From an uncultured Spirochaetota bacterium (lineage in GTDB: Bacteria > Spirochaetota > UBA4802 > UBA5550), in contig CAWHAA010000007.1 of NCBI GenBank assembly GCA_963827275.1, positions 192,001 to 256,000 on the forward strand: DNA of 64,000 nucleotides, in the 5' to 3' direction. A model generated the notes under the pieces. It was given only the letters and a program-made list of their open reading frames with translations. It did no database searches and was not told the origin of the DNA. A program made the position numbers and the translations under genes. Positions 58,852 through 64,000 of the stretch are shown one piece after another. Within the stretch, counting starts at the first letter, position 1. Each line of letters starts with the position of its first letter.

Positions 58852-61332
58852 ATGATGCTCGCAGACCATGACAAGACCGCTCTGATCTATCGTGATGAAC
58901 CGATCAGTTATACCGATCTTTTAACCCGTGTGGCGGCCTATGCCTCGGGCTACCGCATCGGGAAAGGCGATCGGGTCGCGATCTGTTCCGAAAACAGGCC
59001 GGAATGGATATACGCGTTTTACTCGGTCTGGCTGAACGGGGGCATCCCGGTACCGCTCGACGCTACCGCGGCGCCGGCTGACCTCGCCGTGATTCTTGAC
59101 GATTCCACGCCATCAGCCGCCCTCTGCTCGTCCGGCTGCTCCCGGAATGTGCGGGAGGCCATGACGATATGCCGTAACGCGGTGCCGGTCCTTCTCTTTG
59201 ACGACATGCCGGCGCCTGTGCCCGGCAGCGGCAGGCCGGTGAGCGGGGGTGAACCCGGCGATACGGCCCTCATCCTCTACACCTCGGGGACAACGGGCGC
59301 TCCGAAGGGCGTGATGCTCAGCTTCGATAACCTGGCCGCCTGCATCGAGGGGATCTCCACGCTCGGCATGCTCGTTCCCGGCGACAGGCTTATCGGCCTG
59401 CTGCCGTTCCACCATATCTTTCCGCTGCAGGGCACGGTCATAGCGCCCCTCTGCATCGGGTCCTCGGTCGTCATCGTGGCGAGCCTCTCCTCCGACGATA
59501 TCCTTGCCGCGCTCCAGCGGCACCAGGTTACCATGTTCCTCGGCGTTCCGAAGCTGTATGAGCTCTTTCACGCCGGCATCATGCGCAAGATACGCGCGAG
59601 CCCGGCGGTGCGTCTGCTGTTCATGCTGGTGCGACTGGCAGGCAGCAACCGGCCGGGCCGCATTGTTTTCGGGCGCATACACCGGGCCTTCGGCGGGCAT
59701 GTGCGCGCATACCTCACCGGGGGGGCGCCCATGGACAGGCTGGTCGCGCGCGACCTGTGGGCGCTCGGCTTCCGCCTCGTTGAAGGATACGGCCTTACCG
59801 AAACCGCGCCGCTGGTGGCGTTCAACCATTTCGACCGGATCAGGCCGGGCACCGTCGGCAGGCCCATGGCGGGCATCGAGGTGAAAATCGAGGATGGAGA
59901 GGTCCTCGTGCGGGGCCGCAACGTGATGAAGGGCTATTACAAAAACCCCGCGGCCACGGCCGAGAAGGTCCGGGACGGCTGGTTCCATACCGGGGACCTG
60001 GGCGAATTTGACTCCCACGGCTACCTGCGCGTGACCGGCAGGACGGATGACATGATCGTCCTGCCGAACGGGAAGAACATCAGCCCGGAAGAGATCGAGA
60101 GGCGGCTCGTTGAATCGTCCCCCTATATAAGGGAGGCGGGCGTCTTCCTCCGCGGGGGGCGCCTCGCCGCAGTCGTCCTTCCTGATTTCAGCGCGTTAGA
60201 GAACGACGGCGTGACGACCATACGGGAGACCATCAGGTGGAAGGTCATCGATCGCTATAATACGCAGGTCCCCGGCTACCGGCGCGTTATGGATTTGGTC
60301 ATCTGCCACGAGGAACTGCCGCGCACCAGGCTCGGGAAGCTCAAGAGGTACCTGCTCGATGACTTCGCGAAGGGGGACCGCCCCGCTGCCGGTCGTCGGG
60401 CTGAACCCGCCACCCGGGAATATCAGATAATAAAGAAATTTCTCGGCTCGCTGTCGCGGACCGATGTGCGGCCGGAGCACCATCTCGAGCTTGACCTTGG
60501 GCTTGATTCTCTGAACAGGGTTGAGCTCATGGTGTTCATCGAATCCGCGTTCGGCGTCGCGATTGACGAACAGGAGCTGGCGCACACGCAGACGGTGGAG
60601 CAACTCGCCGGGCTTGTCGCCGGGCGCAGGACGCGGATGGATGACATGGCAGTGGGGTGGCGGGAGATACTGGGCGCGCCGGTCCCCTCCACCGTCCGCA
60701 GCAGGGTGAACCTGCTGCGGTGCGTCAGGTTCATCGCCCGGCCGCTTTTCCGGGCCTATTTCAAATTGCGCTACCGCGGGATCAACCATCTGCCCGACGG
60801 GCCCTTTATCATCGCCCCGAACCATCAGAGCTTCATGGATGTCCTCCTTATCGCCATAGCCCTGCCGGACAAAGTGCTCCATGATACTTTTTTCCTCGCC
60901 AGGGAATCGCTCGCCCGAAGGGCGCCGGTGCGCTATCTGATGAAAAAAGCCAATGTCGTGTTTCTCAATTTCGAGCGGGACCTCCGGTCGGCCCTGGGGA
61001 ACGCGGCCTCCGTTCTCGCGTCGGGGAGGAACCTCGTCATTTTCCCGGAAGGGCACCGGTCCAGGGACGGCAGCATCGGTCCCTTCAAGAAGACGTTCGC
61101 GATACTCAGCGCGGAGCTCGGCATACCGGTGGTCCCGGTGGCGATCAGCGGTGCCTATGACGCGCTGCCGAAAAACGGTCTGCTCCCGCGGCCCGGGACA
61201 ATAGAGCTCGCCTTCCTGGAGCCGGTCCAGGCGCGCGGCGCCGACTACGACGCCATGGCGGAGAAGATCCGCTCAATTATTAACCGGGCGGTCGTCCGCA
61301 GCCCGGCCGCACCATCAGGACGGGAGGAATAA
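58852..61332 (+). CDS. Fused acyl-AMP ligase - acyl carrier domain - PlsC acyltransferase
   Basis: YTSGTTGAPKG, GYGLTE and FHTGD; ACP LGLDSL; NHQSFMD and FPEGHRS. Confidence 0.92.
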   Translation: MMLADHDKTALIYRDEPISYTDLLTRVAAYASGYRIGKGDRVAICSENRPEWIYAFYSVWLNGGIPVPLDATAAPADLAVILDDSTPSAALCSSGCSRNVREAMTICRNAVPVLLFDDMPAPVPGSGRPVSGGEPGDTALILYTSGTTGAPKGVMLSFDNLAACIEGISTLGMLVPGDRLIGLLPFHHIFPLQGTVIAPLCIGSSVVIVASLSSDDILAALQRHQVTMFLGVPKLYELFHAGIMRKIRASPAVRLLFMLVRLAGSNRPGRIVFGRIHRAFGGHVRAYLTGGAPMDRLVARDLWALGFRLVEGYGLTETAPLVAFNHFDRIRPGTVGRPMAGIEVKIEDGEVLVRGRNVMKGYYKNPAATAEKVRDGWFHTGDLGEFDSHGYLRVTGRTDDMIVLPNGKNISPEEIERRLVESSPYIREAGVFLRGGRLAAVVLPDFSALENDGVTTIRETIRWKVIDRYNTQVPGYRRVMDLVICHEELPRTRLGKLKRYLLDDFAKGDRPAAGRRAEPATREYQIIKKFLGSLSRTDVRPEHHLELDLGLDSLNRVELMVFIESAFGVAIDEQELAHTQTVEQLAGLVAGRRTRMDDMAVGWREILGAPVPSTVRSRVNLLRCVRFIARPLFRAYFKLRYRGINHLPDGPFIIAPNHQSFMDVLLIAIALPDKVLHDTFFLARESLARRAPVRYLMKKANVVFLNFERDLRSALGNAASVLASGRNLVIFPEGHRSRDGSIGPFKKTFAILSAELGIPVVPVAISGAYDALPKNGLLPRPGTIELAFLEPVQARGADYDAMAEKIRSIINRAVVRSPAAPSGREE

Positions 61333-61337
61333 GAGAT

Positions 61338-61886
61338 ATGTCGCTGCAACGCCAGAACATTCTGCTGCTCGCAATCAATATCATAGGGGGCTGCGCGGTT
61401 ATCGGCAGCTACGTACACGGGTTCCTGTCCAACCCGGACAAAACCGCGTATCTATGGGGAAACGTGCCTAAATCGATCATCCCCCTGTATACGGTGTCAA
61501 TGCTTACGGCCGCCCTCGGCTATATCGCGTTCACCGGTTTCCTTCTTTTCTTCGTGCCTGCCGGCGAGGCGGTGATTGCCGGACGTTTTTCATACCGGGC
61601 CTTCCACTGGCTCTATGCCGCAATCCTCGTTTTTTCCGCGCTCTGGATGCCGCTCACCTTCGCGATGATAGCCCATCCCTCCGCCGGGTTATGGGTCATG
61701 GTCCGTCTTGTGCTCGCGGTCGTCGGTATCGGCTCGATCGGGCTCCTGGCGGCATTGCTGGCCCTGACGCCGGACACGCCGGCATGGGCGTACCGGGCCG
61801 CGGTGGCCGGCTGCGCGCTTTTCTGCCTCCAGACGTCCCTGCTTGACGCGCTGGTGTGGACCGCGTACTTCCCGTTCAGGCTCTAG
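61338..61886 (+). CDS. Hypothetical integral membrane protein
   Basis: About five hydrophobic helices; tightly coupled to the upstream gene. Confidence 0.7.
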   Translation: MSLQRQNILLLAINIIGGCAVIGSYVHGFLSNPDKTAYLWGNVPKSIIPLYTVSMLTAALGYIAFTGFLLFFVPAGEAVIAGRFSYRAFHWLYAAILVFSALWMPLTFAMIAHPSAGLWVMVRLVLAVVGIGSIGLLAALLALTPDTPAWAYRAAVAGCALFCLQTSLLDALVWTAYFPFRL

Positions 61887-62096
61887 CGGTCAGGGCGGCA
61901 GGGTGCGGCATGGCGGCGCGGGTAGTACCGGCCGCGTTCGCGGTATATTCCTTGACATCACAACGCCTTTTTTTGTTTAGTACATAGTGTCATACCGCGG
62001 GCTGCTCTGCGACATTGTGATGCCGGTTGAATTTCACTGCCTATCACGTACAGCCATCCCGGAAACAACCAATTTATAAAAGAAGGTCTGAAAACA

Positions 62097-63736
62097 ATGC
62101 TCAATGTGTCCGATATTTCGCTTTCCTTCGGGAAGCGAGTCCTCTTCAAGGAAGTCAACATCAAGTTTTCCCCTGGAAACTGCTACGGGCTCATCGGCGC
62201 GAACGGGTCCGGGAAATCCACGTTTCTGAAAATACTTTCCGGCGAGATCGATCCGTCAACCGGCGAGGTCTCCCGTAACCCGAAGGAGCGGATCGCGATG
62301 CTGCGGCAGGACCAGTCCGCCTTCGATGAATACCCCGTGCTGGACACCGTGATCATGGGCCACGGGGCGCTGTACGCGGTGCTGAAGGAGCGGGACGAGA
62401 TATATTCGAAGGATGATTTTTCAGAGGAAGACGGCCACCGCGCGGCCGAGCTCGAGGAGATGCTGGACGAGATGAACGGCTACGACGCCGAGCCTGACGC
62501 GGCGGCCCTCCTCGGCGGCCTCGGGATAGACGACGAGCTGCACACTAAGAAGATGAAAGAGCTGGAAGGGGGACAGAAGGTGCGCGTGCTGCTTGCTCAG
62601 GCCCTGTTCGGCAACCCGGACATCCTCCTGCTCGACGAGCCGACCAACAACCTCGACATCGAATCGATCACCTGGCTCGAGAATTTTCTCTACAACTTCA
62701 ACAACACGGTCATTGTCGTTTCCCACGACCGGCATTTCATCAACAAGGTCTGCACGCATATCGCCGACATCGACTACGGGAAGATCATGATCTACGCCGG
62801 CAACTATGACTTCTGGGCGCAGGCCAGCCAGCTGGCGGTCAAGCAGAAGAAAGAGGAAAACAAGAAGAAGGAAGACAAGATACGGGAGCTCCAGTCGTTC
62901 ATCGAGCGCTTCAGCTCCAACGCCTCCAAGGCGCGGCAGGCGACCTCGAGGAAAAAGCTCGTGGAAAAGCTCACCATCGACGAGATCCCCGTGACATCGC
63001 GCCGGTTCCCCTACGTGGCCTTCAAGCCGGACCGGGAATGCGGGAAGATGGTGCTTTCAGTGGAAAACCTGTGCAAGACCGTCGAGGGCGGACCGGTCCT
63101 GGATGATTTCAGCCTCATCGTGAACCGGAGGGACAAGATCGCCTTCGTCGGGCCAGAACAACCTCGTGAAGACCGTCCTGTTCGAGATCCTCATGGGCGA
63201 GATGAAGCCCGATTCCGGGGATTATCAAATGGGGGGAGACCATCACCACCGCCTATTTCCCGAAGGAAAACGCGCGCTACTTCGACAATGACATGACGCT
63301 CGTCGATTGGCTCCGCCAGTATCACGACGGAAAAGGACGAGACCTACGTGCGCGGCTTCCTCGGGAGGATGCTCTTCTCCGGCGAGACGAGTCGCTGAAA
63401 AGGTGAACGTGCTCTCGGGCGGGGAGCGGGTCCGCTGCATGCTCTCCCGGATGATGCTATCGGGGCCAACGCGCTGGTGCTCGACGACCCGACCAACCAC
63501 CTGGACCTGGAGTCGATCACGTCGCTGAACAACGGCCTCATCAATTTTCCCGAGCGTGCTTCTCTTCTCGTCGCACGACCACCAGTTCATCGACACCATC
63601 GCGAACCGGATCGTGGAGATCACGCCCGCCGGCGTCATGGACCGGGCCATGACGCTTCGACGAGTATATCGTCAGCGACGAGATCAGGCGGATCAGGGAC
63701 GAGATGTACCACGGGCACCAGCGCCTGAGCATATAG
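62097..63736 (+). CDS. ABC-F family ATPase (YbiT/YkpA-like); several apparent frameshifts from ~63150 to ~63660
   Basis: GANGSGKST, LLLDEPTN and VSHDR. The second NBD is pieced across frames (GQNNLVKT, LSGGERVR, LDDPTNHLDLESI) and ends MYHGHQRLSI*. Confidence 0.88.
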
Positions 63737-63755
63737 CCGGCGCTCCGCCGCGGGC

Positions 63756-64000
63756 TTACCCCTTTGACGGCGGCTTTTCCTCCCAGTCCCAGAAGAAGTC
63801 CTTGTTCGTGAGTTCCTTCTCTTCCTCCCCGGGGCGGTCCGCCCTGCGCACCGAATCGGGCAGATCGGCGGTATGTGAATGGAAGAATTCAAGCTGGTCT
63901 TCAAGGTCCGCGGTCTCGTCCTCCCAGTACTGCACCGTGCCGAAATGGGGAAAGGCGGCGGGAAACGCCGGGTCCTGCCACCGCTGGGCGATCCACGACG
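63756..64000 (-). CDS. srkA: Ser/Thr kinase SrkA/YihE (RdoA), 3' end only
   Basis: SWIAQRWQDPAFPAAFPHFGTVQYWED...LEDQL matches the YihE C-terminal motif; absent from the ORF track. Confidence 0.8.
   Translation of the reverse strand, partial: SWIAQRWQDPAFPAAFPHFGTVQYWEDETADLEDQLEFFHSHTADLPDSVRRADRPGEEEKELTNKDFFWDWEEKPPSKG

Overview
GC-rich bacterial chromosome segment, most likely from a spirochaete. The evidence is cytoplasmic filament protein cfpA and a Leptospira-style flgG-flgA-flgH-flgI-flgJ operon. Rubrerythrin/rubredoxin-like genes suggest an anaerobe, and lipid/fatty-acid enzymes are abundant. Most of the window is housekeeping (ftsZ, amgK/murU, 6S RNA, pgk, tatC, fadD, purL/purQ, DAHP synthase, adk, rmuC, DEAD-box helicase, cyclophilin, ABC-F, srkA). 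Single-base frameshifts in short homopolymers (ftsZ, a hydrolase, purL, purQ, a MORN lipoprotein, ABC-F) look like sequencing/assembly errors. The best candidate novel system is at 5.6-12.9 kb. A vWA-TM-(degenerate FHA) gene and cfpA are followed by a protein with a C-terminal HPr-like domain that retains a His, and then by a 'PPDK' whose ATP-binding residues are all substituted while the phospho-His and PEP/pyruvate site are intact. This suggests a PPDK-derived, PEP-driven, PTS-like phosphorelay linked to the cytoskeleton. The second candidate is a 9-gene minus-strand cluster at 33.6-44.6 kb: adenylate-forming enzyme, secreted Ntn-hydrolase, flippase-like protein, degenerate CapA lipoprotein, DegT aminotransferase, GNAT-like protein with a DRR-repeat tail, and three stand-alone HxxxDG acyltransferases. 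All calls come from reading motifs by eye; no database searches were run.
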